Assembly: GCA_013239625.1 (NCBI GenBank)
Contig: MU053811.1
Location: 10,823 to 61,610 of the forward strand
Direction of reading: 5' to 3'
DNA length: 50,788 bases
From: Lama guanicoe
Lineage: Eukaryota
Part shown: positions 37,290-49,627 of the stretch, piece by piece
Position numbering within the stretch: position 1 is the first letter of the stretch
Layout: each line of letters opens with the position of its first letter
Made by a program: the position numbers and the translations under genes
Notes under the pieces: model-generated
Database searches by the model: none
What the model saw: only the letters and a program-made list of their open reading frames with translations
What the model was told of the DNA's origin: nothing

Positions 37290-38304
37290 GAAGAAAAATT
37301 ATCTTTGAGAATTGTGCAAGAACGTTGGTGGGATCTCCTCTAAGGATCAGCACTGCTAGGGAAGGGATGCACCTGTGGCACTTTGATGTATGCTGCACCT
37401 TGTTCTCCCGGAGAGGAGCGTCCATTTGCTCTTCCCTCCAGGGGACCTCCTGGGGCCTCTGCCTGCTCACGTTGTCACCAGGGCTGGTTGTCACCGGGCT
37501 AAAGACCTGCCAGTGTGATGGTGGCCAATGCTGTCTCTGCAGTCTGTCCATCTGCCTGTGTCCTCACCTGAGAGGTCGAACATCTCTAGCAGACACTGGC
37601 CACCTGCACTGCCTCTCGTTGGAACTTTCTGTGTGTGTTTTGTTTCTTTTTAGAACACTGGGCTTCAAGATGTTTTTGGACCACAGGGATGTGAAGGTCT
37701 TCTCCGACCTTGGGTCATGAGGAAAGGTTTTTCCAGGCTGTGGTTTCTCTTTCCAGCTGTCTTTCTTGGCCTTTGTTTTCTGTTTTTGTTTGGTTTTATT
37801 TTGCCACAAGAAGAGCTATGCATCTCCCTTCTGGCTCTGGTTTCACACTTAGAACAGCAGTGCCTACCCCAAGATTATGCCAGAGTTACTAAAAGGGATT
37901 CATTTGGTACATCTCATCTTTAATCCAGCTGGTTTTCCCCTCAAAATAGAAAAATGCTAGTTCACGTGAAAACAAACAAAATTTCACCCATCCCTACTTA
38001 AGATATGTGGGCAGACAAAAAATAAAATGCCACCTTTTATATGATTTCATTGATAGGGAACCTCCAGGATAATTAAAGACATAGAGAGAGAAAGGGGATT
38101 AGGGCTTGTCATGGGCTGGGGGACGTAGGACGTGGGGTGCTCTTTGTATACAAGCTTTTACTTTGAGGAAGGAAATAGTCTGAAACAAGTGGTGCTGGTC
38201 TCACAGCATTGTGAATGCAATTAATGCTCCTGAAAATTGCACAATTTAAAATGGGAAAAGGATAAAATTTATTCTTATAAACTTAATACAAAAATAGAAT
38301 ATAC
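37290..38304 (+). repeat. Copy 2 of the duplication, ending in the last 9 codons, stop and polyA signal of a sister RALGDS-like gene (minus strand)
   Basis: Minus strand 38304-38275 reads VYSIFVLSL*, then AATAAA at 38273-38268, homologous in position to SFIFLFRVL*AATAAA. Confidence 0.8.
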
Positions 38305-38595
38305 TATAATAGAAAAGAAAAAAAATCTGACTCCATAGAAGACCTGTTCTTTTGGCTTTAACCCTGTGCCCTCTTTTCTAGGCTTACTCTTACTAGCTCT
38401 GCACATTTTGTAAAACAATGTTGCCTATAGCCTGAAATATACAGGAGAACCTATTTTCAAGGCTCTGATCTTTAAGGAAATTTAGTTTTGCACTTATATA
38501 AAGACAACAAGTTGCAGAATAGAAAATAACTTTTGTTTTGTTAGAGGTTTTACAGAGGCACTATGACCTGGTTTACTTAGACAGCTGCAGACCAA
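38305..38595 (+). mobile_element. ERV LTR 5' half
   Basis: Starts tataatagaaaag...aaatctgactccata; homologous to the reverse complement of 38720-39008, which starts TGTaatagaaaag. Confidence 0.75.
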
Positions 38596-38596
38596 C

Positions 38597-39008
38597 ATAA
38601 TGGCAGACTTGGAGGACCATCTTCCCCAAGTCAGACTTCAGGCTCCTTTTCTACTAAACAGGGGAGGGGCTGTGTTTGGTTGTTGCAAACTTCTTGGTGT
38701 AGGATTTCTTTGTTCTTGGAATCTTTTGCAGCTCTCCACGTGGGTCAGATCATGGTGTTCCTGAAAAACCTGCAACAAAACAAACTTTTTCTATTCTGCA
38801 ACTTGTTATCTTTATAGGAGTGCAAAAGGGTTAATATCCTTAAAGTTCAGAGCCCTGAGAATAGGCTCTCCTGTTTATTTCAGGCTAAAGGCAACATTGT
38901 TTTACAAAAGGAGCAGATCTAGCAAGACTAAGCCTAGAAAACATGGCAGAGGGTTAAAGGAAAATGAACAAATCCAATATGGAGTCAGATTTGTACTTTT
39001 CTATTACA
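38597..39008 (-). mobile_element. ERV LTR 5' portion, inverted relative to its neighbour
   Basis: Minus strand starts TGTAATAGAAAAG and shares ttttgtaaaacaatgttgcct.tagcctgaaata and aacaagttgcagaatagaaaa with the plus copy; TATA-like agtagaaaaggagcc near 38650. Confidence 0.75.
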
Positions 39009-40189
39009 GTGCCTTTTGGTGATAGCTAAGAGGATGATTCCTGGGTGGGTCCTCCACTGTCCCAGGCTGGAGTTTAGGCAGGATCACTGCCAGATTCCCT
39101 ATGACTTTGGACCTGATCTCCCGGAGAGAAAGGGACAATTATTGGTTTAAAATTTCCTGTCAAAATCCCTTCAATTGCCTGTAAACTATACCACAGCAGA
39201 GGATGTCTCATTCACCGTCAACTACCAGTCTCCCCTGATGCAAGGGACCAGTGTTGCGGCGGGATCCATGGTGGCCTGGAGAGTGCACCTACCTACTTTG
39301 CTCTCCAGCCTTGGCTTCCTAACTTTGATGCTTTGAAATCTCCCGTCCCTCTTCCCTATGGCCTGGTGTGAATGAACAAGATCCCTGCACCCACCTGGGC
39401 TGAGCCCAAGCCACACACACAGCCCCATGCACACAGCCCACCATCTGCTGTCTAACCCTGGGCTCAAGTGGACCCTCTGAACTCCCCCACCCCAAAGGTC
39501 TGCGTGCCCAGTGTCTCCGCCCAAATGTTCCAGATCACCATCAGGACCATCACAAGGCCCACAGGCCAGTGGCTGGCAGCTTGGGATCACCCTGACCCAT
39601 CGGGGCAGATGAGACACAGGGTGAGGGGATCAGGGTGCCAGGGCGGGAATTGGTACCGCCTTCATCCCAGCCTGCCTCACCCTGTAGCTTCAGACATTAA
39701 CTATGAAGGTGCACACTAGGCTGGATCCCCCACTGGTGGCAGTAGTCATCATTACTGGAGCCCAGATTTCCCCACCCCAACCACAGGTTGAGGGGTGAGG
39801 GTGTCAGCTCAGAGTAGGGGTGCAATCAGAGTGAAGGGGATCCCATGGTGAGGGGGTATAGGTTGAGGAGTGTGGGGCCCAGAGTGGAACTGACCTGGCT
39901 GAGAGGTGAGGGGGACAGTTTCAGGATGTTGGGGGTCCTGTTGTGAGGCATGAGGGTGTGTAGGGACCATAGGTTAAGATCTAGCAGGACGGAGCGTCAC
40001 GGCACGGACCTTGGTGTGAGGAGAAGAAGCCCTGTCTTCAAGGTCTGGTGGGAAACTGGGCCTGGCCAGGGGTGGGAGGGTAGTAACAGGGAGGGGAAGG
40101 TGAGCAGGGGAAGTGGGGCTGGCAGGGTGTGGCGAGGCCCAGGGCAGTCGTGGTTCTAGTTAAGTGCCAGGACCCAGTCGGTGGTGGGG

Positions 40190-41090
40190 TGAAGGCTCTA
40201 GGGATGGAGACCGGCGGGACGAGCAGGAGGGGCGCCACATGGCTCCTCCCGGCCCCAGTGGCCAGGTCCGGTAAAGCAGGAGACCCACCTGAGCAGTTTG
40301 CGCTGCGGGCGGGAGGAGGAGGGGGGCGCACGCGCAGACGGACAGACGCACGGACGCTGGAACCCACCCAGAACGCGTGGAAGCTGGCGGCAGCCGGTGT
40401 CTCCTAGACCAGCTCCTGGAAGAGGAACACGGCCTGGGGTCTGGGCCGCCACTTGCCCTCGGCTGGGCTGCCGCTGCCGGGCAGTTAAGGGGGAGCTGCT
40501 GGGGGCGCGCTGCTCGGGGAGCCAGCGGGTGACGCCTGGGCTGTGCAGCTGAGGAGGCGCCCAGTGAGGGTTGCCGAGGTGAGGTCCCGGCCGCGCGTCC
40601 CGTTAGGACCCTGAGGCGGTTCCCAGCCGCCGCTGTGGTTCGTTGTAACCCCGCTATTAGTAGTCCCTGAACCCCGCGTTTCTGCCGCCGCTTAAACCCG
40701 GGTTTAGGAGAGCAGGTACAGCCCTAGGAGTTGGGAGGGCGCCGAACGGCTCTGGAGCATCTCCGATTGGCCCTCAGATCATGGCCTGCTCCCGGGAGGT
40801 GGGTGCGGTGCGGTCGCGGGGCCTCGGATGGAATGGGGGCTGCCCCATGAGAGTCCCTGGATTTGCTCCAATCTTCCCCGCGGCCTGACCTTGGGGACGA
40901 CCTCTGGAGCCCAAGTTTCGTGGGACACAGGTTACAGGTCAGTCTGCTTCTGGGAGGTGTTCGCGGTGCGATCAGTGTGCTGGGATGGCTGCAGCAGCAG
41001 CGGGAAATGGTCGCAACCCCCGCGCTCTCACAGGGCAGCCCCAATCCCGCCATCGCAGCCGCCGCCATTCCCTGACAGCACAGCACCCGC
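40190..41090 (+). promoter_or_regulatory. CpG island with candidate non-coding first exon (donor GAG|GTGAGG at 40578/40579)
   Basis: CpG-dense, GC-box-like gggcgggag at ~40306 and a strong 5' splice site; gene not recognised. Confidence 0.6.
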
Positions 41091-41097
41091 CTTCCAG

Positions 41098-41713
41098 ATG
41101 TGGGATTGCTGGGTCATAGGGTAAGTCTACTTTAAGTTCTTTGAGGGATTTCCATGCTTTCCATAATGACTACACCAAACTGGATTCCCACCAGCAGTGT
41201 AAGAGGGTACCCTTCCCTCTACAACCTCTCTAGCATTTATCATTCATGAACTTCTGAGCGATGGCCATTCTGACTGGTGTGAGCTGATACTTCATTGTAG
41301 CTTTGATTTCAATTTCTCTGTTTATTAGTGATGCCGGTCATATTTCATGTGCCTATTGGCCATGTGTGTCTTCATTGGAGAAATGCTTGTTTAGGTCTTC
41401 TGCTTATTTTTGGATTGAGTTGTTTGTTTTTTTGTTATTAAGTTGTATGAGCTGTTTATATATGCTGAAAATTAAGGCTTTGTTAGTCGTATCATTTGCA
41501 AATATTTTCTCCCATTCTTAGGTTGTTTCCTTTTGTTTTATTTATGGTTGCCTTTGCTGTGAAGAAATTTATGAGTTTAATTACGTCCCTTTTGTTTATT
41601 TTTTTCTCTTATTTCCATTGCTTGAGTAGATTGCCCTAGGAGAACGTTGCTAAGATTTATGTCAGATAATGTTTTGCCTATGTTTTCTTTTAGGAGATTT
41701 ATCATGTCTTGTC
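41098..41713 (-). mobile_element. LINE-1 ORF2 3' fragment truncated at both ends
   Basis: tgggattgctgggtcatagggtaag...ttcccaccagcagtgtaagaggg...gatggccattctgactggtgtgag; homologous to 17800-18425. Confidence 0.88.
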
Positions 41714-44700
41714 CATCTGCATCTTAAGCCTGTACTCAACATCTGTGCTTCAGATTTGAATATTGAGCTTCTTAGAGAACTCCTACTCTTAGCTCATATG
41801 TCAGATTCAACCTGTCTAAAGCTGATTTCATAATCTTTTTTCTTGCAGCGTCTTCACTTATTCAGTGGGATAATCATTCTTCTGGTCTTAAATACCCAAA
41901 GGCTTGGAATGGTCTTTGATTTATCTTCCTCTCACCACCCTCCACATATTGTCGGCTTCTGGAACAGTATGTTTTTGGTTTCAAGTGTCTATTCTGATTG
42001 CTGATACTCTGATGAAGAGCTTCCATCCCTGATACATGAATTTTTCCTTCTGTTGACTTCTTGGATTTTCTCTCCCCCTCCTTTCAGTCAACCTACACTT
42101 TTGACGCTCCAACATCTAGAGTCAAGTCAAAGACTTACCATAACCAGATCTCAGCCAGGTAGTCTCGACCCTCCATCATTTTGGACTTACCTTATTTGTT
42201 CCAACCATTATGTGACTTAGCCTCCTAGGGTTACCTGTGCCTTATTAAAAACCAGGATTCACCAGCCTTTTCCTATCCAGTCCTCAGTTAAAACAGCTTA
42301 GAATTACCCTGAGAACTAGTTGGAGCCCCATCCCCTTCATAGAGTCTTCCCTATTTACTCCAAATACTTGTAGCTCCTCTTTGTATTCCTGCAATGTTTA
42401 TGATCGGTAGCCTGTAATCTTGGCTTTGAGTACTGACTTGGTACCATTCCCGGGTGGTTTCCAATGTGTCTCCTCACTTAGCTGGTAACAGGAGAAGACT
42501 CCCTTTTTCAGCTTCCTTTATACCCCTCACCCTGCTTAGCATCGGGCAATAGCAGGCATCCAGGCAGTGCTTACCTACTTTATTTATTCGCAGGGGTGGT
42601 GGTGTGGAGTATAGCTAGTAACTATTAATTCAGTGTTGCAATTAAAAATGAAAGCCAAGAAAATCCATAAAAATTTGTCTCCATATTCAGTTTAGCGCTT
42701 TACCTCAATAGTATTCTTAAGTCTGTGTTTACATTCACATAGTGTTCAGTGCTTGTACAGTTCCATGAGGCAAGCAGGTGAGATGTCATTATGTTTGACT
42801 TTCACCTTACATTTCATACTGGAAATATTTGTGGAATGACAAAACCTTATTTTATAAGTAAACAGCCGGAAGCCCAGAGAGACTAAGAGCCTAACCCAGG
42901 GTCACTTGGTTAGTGTTTGGCACAGGCCAGGACCTCGGTTCACATCTTCCAGCTGATCCTCTTCCAGTGCCTTTTCATTCCAGTGCTGGGAAATGTAGCC
43001 CCATCGGCCAAATGGCCAAGTCACATTGCTGCCCCTTTACCTGCCATTGATGGCGGTGCTACAAAAAGTGGCAAAGGAAAGGTCAGAAATAGGAGTGATA
43101 AAAGACATGGAAGTGCTGGAAATGGATCCTCAACCTCCTTCTCCCTATTTGAGTGCCACACAAGTGTCCCACTCTGACAGTGCTGTTCATTTTTTATAAC
43201 ATAGTCTTTAAAATCAGACTGATCTTTTATACGACATGTTTTTATCCTGGTCCCTTTCCTGCTAGAAGTCACAGTCATGGGCAGAAAGTGCCTGACTTGC
43301 TCTTTTTGTCACATAGGTGGGAGGGAAATTGGGAGAGGGTGCGTGTTGAATTGAAGCTGAGCTATTTACAGCTCTGTTGTTCTAGGACCAGAGCAGTTCC
43401 ACTCTTGCTTTCTTCACCTCTCCACCTCCGAGTCCCAGCCACCCACACTTGCCTGCTTCCCCACATGCCACGTCCTGGGGGAGGACAGTGTGGTGGGCAA
43501 TACCCCCTCCGCCCTCCGCTCTGGGAGGTGCAGGATTCTGCTTTAACTTTTGAGCTGTTTTGGTAATTGGGCTTTTCCAGCTTTTCTAGACATCTCCTTT
43601 CCAGCTCTGAGAAATTGGAGATGTAACTCAACCATACATGGACTATACTAATGTATTCAGTGGCATTAATGTGATGTTGTCTTTAAGGTGTGCTGTGACT
43701 GGATAGGAGGTTTTTAATTCACAGGATGCTTCACATCCAATTCTAAAGGCCTACAGGATGCAAGTGTAATTCAAGTTCTTACATGTCTGTAAGGCAGACA
43801 TGAACATTATTTGATAATATGACCATATGTTCATAGATTACGGTTAGTCCGCCGGCTCTGTATCTAATAAAAGTTTAAATTCCAAACGCTTGAAGAAAAT
43901 TTGCGGACCATGTCTTTTTGCCTGTAACTACTTGCAAAAACTGAAATCGCAACTCTACCACAAGCCACAGTGTTTCCCAGTAGAGAAAGCCCTCTACATT
44001 TACAACCTCTAAGTCATGCGGTGGTTCTTTGGGTGAGATGAGGGACGCCAGAATATTTTGTTGGGAAACTAGAGTGGCATGACAAGTGTTCTGTTACTGG
44101 TTACACTTGAATCTCTACTTCCTATGTCCTGGACTGATTACAGAGGCAATGTTAGTGCGGTAACCAACTTGTGAATGCAAGTGTAGCTAGGAAGACAACA
44201 GAGAAAATAGAAGGGATATAAAGTAATGGAGGTACTTCAGAGCAGTACAAATGGTGACTTTGGCACCACCAGCTGCTGATGTGAACTTGGCAAGAATTTG
44301 TGAGAAGTGGTGAGTGCCATTGCAAGCAGGAGAGTCCTGCAGTTTTTGGAATGAACAGGCAAAGGGGAGAACAGTTATGATGGCTACCCGGGGGATATTT
44401 GTGTCCTGAATGTGAAAATGTCCGGTCCCCTGTTCAATTTTGCAGCCACAACTTCACATGACTCAGGGCATTATTTCCACCGGAAAACCATAAAAACATA
44501 AACAACCTCTGTTTCCCAAAATATTTGTTCTCGATCTGAGATGATTGTCCTGTGGTGGGAGGTAAGTGGGCAATGGGGCCTATTACATCACCCTCTTTCA
44601 CTAGAAGTCTACCACGCTGCTTTTCAATCATACTCCTAGAGGTGCTGTCATTCTGTTACTCCTAGGCCTGTAAGACGGGCTTGCCTGAATCCTCACGTGA

Positions 44701-45829
44701 TGAGGGATGTTTTCGTGCAGTTTTAAAAAATTGCTTGGGTCATGAGGTCCTTTGTTCCCTCCATTGGAAATGACTTTTCCAGAACAAATAGTATGCAACT
44801 ATACAAACTATAGTTTGTATAAACAAAGACACATAGAAATTGAAAAACTGCACAAAGTACTTTATTGTTAAAAATGTTGACCTGTGGCAGGGTGTTGCAT
44901 TTGCAAGTGACTTTCAGTACAGGGAACACTTAAAAGAATGCAGTGTTATTTCTTTTTTTATTCCTTTAAGCCTTTGAAAAGAAGGTTTTCATTGCAGAGT
45001 TTCTGGAGTACATCAGAACAAACAGGAAATAAAAATAGCTTTATGAAAGCTCCAGTATAGACGTTGCTTATAGTGTGGTATCTGTATTAAAGTTAATTCT
45101 TTAAAGCAGGAATTTGTAACTCAATTTCTTAAGAAAATGTAAACATTCTTGACCCTTAATGACATTCTTTGTGGGTTGAAGCTGCTTTTGCTTCCATTCT
45201 GAGCATTGAAAGGCCTTCTATGATACTTCTACCAGTCATCAATATTTTCTTTTCCCTCTGATGTGAACATGTTATTAAACTTGAAGCAGATATAAATATC
45301 ATTAACTTGCTACATATGTAGATATTCAGTGTTACATAGTCAGAAAGATTGTGTACATCACACTTATCTACATAATTCCCCCTTTCCAACTGTGTTCCTG
45401 ATGAAAGGATGGTGGGAAATGGCATTATGGGGATATGTCTTATAGTACACAGTGTTTCCCCTGTTCCCTCTACCAGATCTGGATGTTCTTTCATCTTTCA
45501 GCTTCTAGACTTACTAGCTCTTTTTCTTAAGCCAGGTGTGTCTCATCCCCCTGTGCACACTCACATGCGTACACAAACACACACACACATTCTGCCGTAG
45601 GGAGTAGCGTGCACCATCCCATTCTCCCACACCTGCTCTGGACCCAACCCTTGGAGGAAGTGTCTTGCACGAATTCATTTGTAAGTTCCTTTTTAAAACT
45701 CGAGTGGTCGGGAAATAGGACTGATATCCACACCTAGTAGGCAGGCCCTCAAGGAAAACTTCTATGGTTAATGGCAGGTTTTCTTAATGTTTGAGCACCT
45801 GGGTTTCATGTCTTCCTCTACCACCTGTG

Positions 45830-46760
45830 TGACCCATGATTCCCACATTTCTGTCTCCCGCTAGACTTTTTCTCTCCAACTCTGAACTCTTACAATCTTC
45901 TGCTGATTTGCCATCTTCATTTGGAACTCTGATATCGTAAAACCAACATGTGTAAAAACTGAATTCTTGGTCCTCCTACCCCCCAAACTGGTCCTTTCTG
46001 CAGCCTCCCCCATTCAGTTAGTGGAAACTTAATCCTTCCAGCTGCTTGGGTCAAAAAACTTGGAGTTATTCTGACTTTCACTGACATACCACATGAATTC
46101 TGTCAATAGATCTGGTTTAACACTGACTTTAAAACTTATCCTGAGCCCAGCCACTTCTCACCATGGCTCCTGCCTCCACTGCTGCTTCCCTACCCTGAGC
46201 CACTGTCCTCTCCTCCTGCACAGCCCTTCTCAGAGGCTTCCCTCCTTTCATCTCTGATCCGTTTTGCCTATTCTCACCCGGCAGTCAAGTGAGCCTTGAA
46301 AACATAAGTTAGATTGTGTCCTCCTTCGGCAGTGCCTCCCCAATTCACTCCGGGTAAAATCCACAGTCCTTACAACGTCCTCCAAGGCCATACAGGATCT
46401 GCACTGACCCTTCTCCACAGCTCCAGCCGTGCCCCCATTCTGGAACATGCGAGGTGCACGCTGCCCTTGGTGATGGTTATTCCATCCACCTGGGACTTGT
46501 CACCTCCTAGTCTTATTAATCTCCACCCTCCAGCTAGACTTCAACCAAGCTCCGTGAGGACAGGAATTTTGTTTTGTTTATTGATCTATTATTCCAAGTG
46601 CCTAGATTAGTCCTGGGTACATAGTAGGCTGTCAAAAAAAAAATTATAAAGCTCCGTGAGGACAGGAATTTTGTTTTGTTTATTGATCTATTATTCCAAG
46701 TGCCTAGATTAGTCCTGGGTACATAGTAGGCTGTCAAAAATTATTTGCTAAATAAATTAA
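45830..46760 (+). mobile_element. LINE-2 3' region
   Basis: aagctccgtgaggacagg...ccaagtgcctag...gggtacatagtaggc terminal motif, with upstream L2-like text. Confidence 0.7.
46547..46744 (+). repeat. Near-perfect tandem duplication, period 102 bp
   Basis: aagctccgtgaggacagg...gtaggctgtcaaaaa starts at 46547 and again at 46649; the copies differ only in A-run length (10 vs 5). Confidence 0.95.
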
Positions 46761-47199
46761 AACACTATTTTAAAAATGAGTCATCCTTTCAGGAACGAGT
46801 GAGGAAAGGAAGCTGCATGAAAGAATGGTGCAGTAAATAATGATATTTGCCTGTTGTTCTTTGTGTGATATATATACTTGTGTTTTAGTCTTAATTTGGT
46901 ATCCAGTTTCTTAATTTAATAGCTGTATTAGGGTGTAATTTACAGCCATAAAATTCACACATTATAATTGTATAAGTCAGCCATTTTAGCTATTTCTAGA
47001 GTTGTGCAACTGTGTCCTCACAAAGTCCCCTTGTGTCCGTCTATATGCAGTTTGCCCTCCCCTCAGTGGCACCCTGATTTTATGTTTTTTTTTGGCAATC
47101 ACATCTCAAAAGAATAATTTACACAGCAGTACTAATATAGCTTTGTGCTTTTAGAAATGACACACTTAAATATGAAATCAGCGGTCATTGCTGAATGTA

Positions 47200-47420
47200 G
47201 GTAGCAGTATCAGACATCGGTGAGAAGAATGGGCTTGAGTGTCAGACTGGCTGCATTCTTACTCAGCTCCACCATTTACCAAGTTACCCAAATTATTTTC
47301 TGCCTCAAGCTCTTTATCTGTTATATGGGGGTAATAATAGCAGCTTACAGAGTTGTTGTGAGTATTAAGCAAACAGGGAAACAAAATTTAGTACAGTTGC
47401 CAGCTTATGTAATTACCTAA
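47200..47420 (+). mobile_element. MIR
   Basis: gtcagactggctg...cagctccaccatttacc...tgcctcaag...tatctgttatatgggggtaataatag...agagttgttgtgagtatta. Confidence 0.7.
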
Positions 47421-47811
47421 GAAATAGCCTTGCAGGCAGAGAGCAAAATTCAAATCAGTTTCTAAAGTATGTGTAAAATATGATCCAGTTCCTGCCTTGT
47501 TTGTAAACATGTATGCCTACTGCAGAATGTAAAAGCAGTCTAATTTCCAACAGAAAAGATCATTTCTTAGCATTTCTTTCAAAGGTATAAGCAAAATCAT
47601 TTCTACTAAATTTTCTGTGCCCATCTCTGACAGAGCTTTGACACCAGGGAAGTAATTATCTACTTTTTTGTTAAAATCATGCTGACCATCAGAAACTGTT
47701 CTCAATTATATTTTAGCCTTTATGTTGGGAAATACTGTGAGACTTCTTCTAAATTAATGGGGGGGCATTCATTGTAGCTCTTGTAGCCTGATAAGCCAGC
47801 ACTGAATTATC

Positions 47812-47968
47812 TTTTTTTAACTTTTAATTAAAGTAATTAATTAATTTTTTGCAGGGAGGTGGTAATTAGGTTTTTATTTATTTTATTTTTTGAAGAAGTA
47901 CTGGGGATTGAACCCAGGCCCTTGTGCATGCTAAGAATATGATCTTTCACTTAAGCTATACCCTCCCC
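47812..47968 (-). mobile_element. Full-length tRNA-derived SINE (Vic-1-like)
   Basis: Minus strand reads ggggagggtatagcttaagtg...ttagcatgcacaagggcctgggttcaatccccagtac plus an A-rich tail; imperfect TSD aattatcttt / aactatcttt. Confidence 0.88.
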
Positions 47969-48333
47969 ACAAACTATCTTTAACAAGGTCTTTTTCTCTA
48001 TTTTGTTGTTTTCTTTTATGTACAGATGCACAAAGCAGGGTCATCAGAAGCCTATCAATTTCAAAGATAATAACAGTGAAAAATATTGTGCAGTGACAGT
48101 GAATCCTTGGCATATGAAGAAAGATTGTAAAGTCCTGAATGATTTAAGAAGTTATTGTTACATTAACATACATGTAACCATGGCTCTCTTACCTTTATTT
48201 TTCACTTTATAATGAAGATACTCCCCACCCATCAAGGTTGTTTTGTTTGATACAGGGAATATCTAAAGCCTTTTCTGCAAGTTTCCTAAATTAGTAACAG
48301 CAGGTAATTTATCAGAAGTGTGAATGGTGTAAT

Positions 48334-48622
48334 CTGCTCTGTCTAGTATGGTAGCCACTAGCCACATGTGGCTATTTTGAATTGAGTTGTTCTATAAGTG
48401 GAAAATACATAATAGATTTTCAAGACTTCGTACAACAAAACTAATGTAAAATATTTATTAATAAGTTTTAAAAGTGTCAATCACACTTTTGAAATGATAG
48501 TATATTGGATATTTTGGGATACATATAATTATTACTGGAATTAATTACACTTGTTCCTTTTTATTTTCTAAATGGTATTCCTGGAAAATTGTGACTTGCA
48601 CTATATTTCTATTGACAGTTCT
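48334..48622. mobile_element. hAT-Charlie MER3/MER33-like element
   Basis: ctgctctgtctagtatggtagccactagccacatgtggctatt...tatatttctattgacag. Confidence 0.7.
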
Positions 48623-48664
48623 GGCTTCCAACTTATTGCAAATAATATGAAAAGAAAACTTTGA

Positions 48665-49461
48665 TTAAAAATTTTGTAATTGAGTAGTTGATTTACATCA
48701 TATTATTTTCAGGTGTGCAACACAGAGGCTCAAAATTTTTATAGATTATATTCCATTTAAAGTCACCATAAAATAATGGCTATATTTCCCTGTGCTGTAT
48801 GATACAGCCCTGTAATCTATCCATTTTATACATAGTACATTTTACCTCTCAATCCCCTACCCCCTTCCTGCCTCCCCTCTCCTCCTTCTCCCCATTGGTA
48901 ACCACCAGTCTGTTCTATGTACCTGTGAGTCTATTTCTGTTTTATTATAGTAATTAATTTGTTCTATTTTTTATATATACATATAAGTTAATGTATAGAA
49001 TATTTATTTTTCTTTCTCTGACTTATTTCACTTAGCATAATACCCTGTAGGTCCATCCATGTTATTGCAAATGGTATTATTTTATTTTTTATGGCTGATC
49101 AGTATTCCATTGTGTGTGTGTGTTCATGTGTGTATATGTATGTGTATATATATGTATATATACATATATATATAATATACCACAATTTCTTTATCCAGTC
49201 ATCTGTCAGTGAACACTTGTGTTGTTTCAGTGAACACTTGGTTTGTTTCAGTGTTTTGGCTATTGTAAATAGTGCTGCTGTGAACATTGGGGTGCACGTG
49301 TCTTTTTGAATTATATTTTTCTCCAGACATATGCCCATGAATGGGACTGCTGGATCACACGGAAGTCTATTTTCAGTTTTTTATGGAACCTCTATACTGT
49401 ACTCCATAGTGGCTGCACAATTTACATTCGCACCAACTGAGTAGGAGGGTTCCTTTTTCTC
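48665..49461 (-). mobile_element. LINE-1 3' end with internal (TA/TG) microsatellite and a ~22-bp local duplication
   Basis: ORF 49099-49338 gives KDTCTPMFTAALFTIAKT...DDWIKKLWYI; tcagtgaacacttg is repeated at ~49206 and ~49227. Confidence 0.9.
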
Positions 49462-49627
49462 TTAAAAGTTCAAAAATTCACTACATTTATATACTTTCCT
49501 TACAGTTTAGGACACAATTTGGCAAAAGCCAGATAGAATTTGATAGAAGTAAATACAGTAATTTTTTTAAATGTCCATGCATTATGGATAGATATGTTAT
49601 TGATGAGTTGGTTCCCTATTTTTGTAG

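Noticed and set aside
42917..43177. Signal-peptide-like 86-aa ORF
   Set aside because: Starts at TTG inside a MIR-like remnant; no splice or homology support
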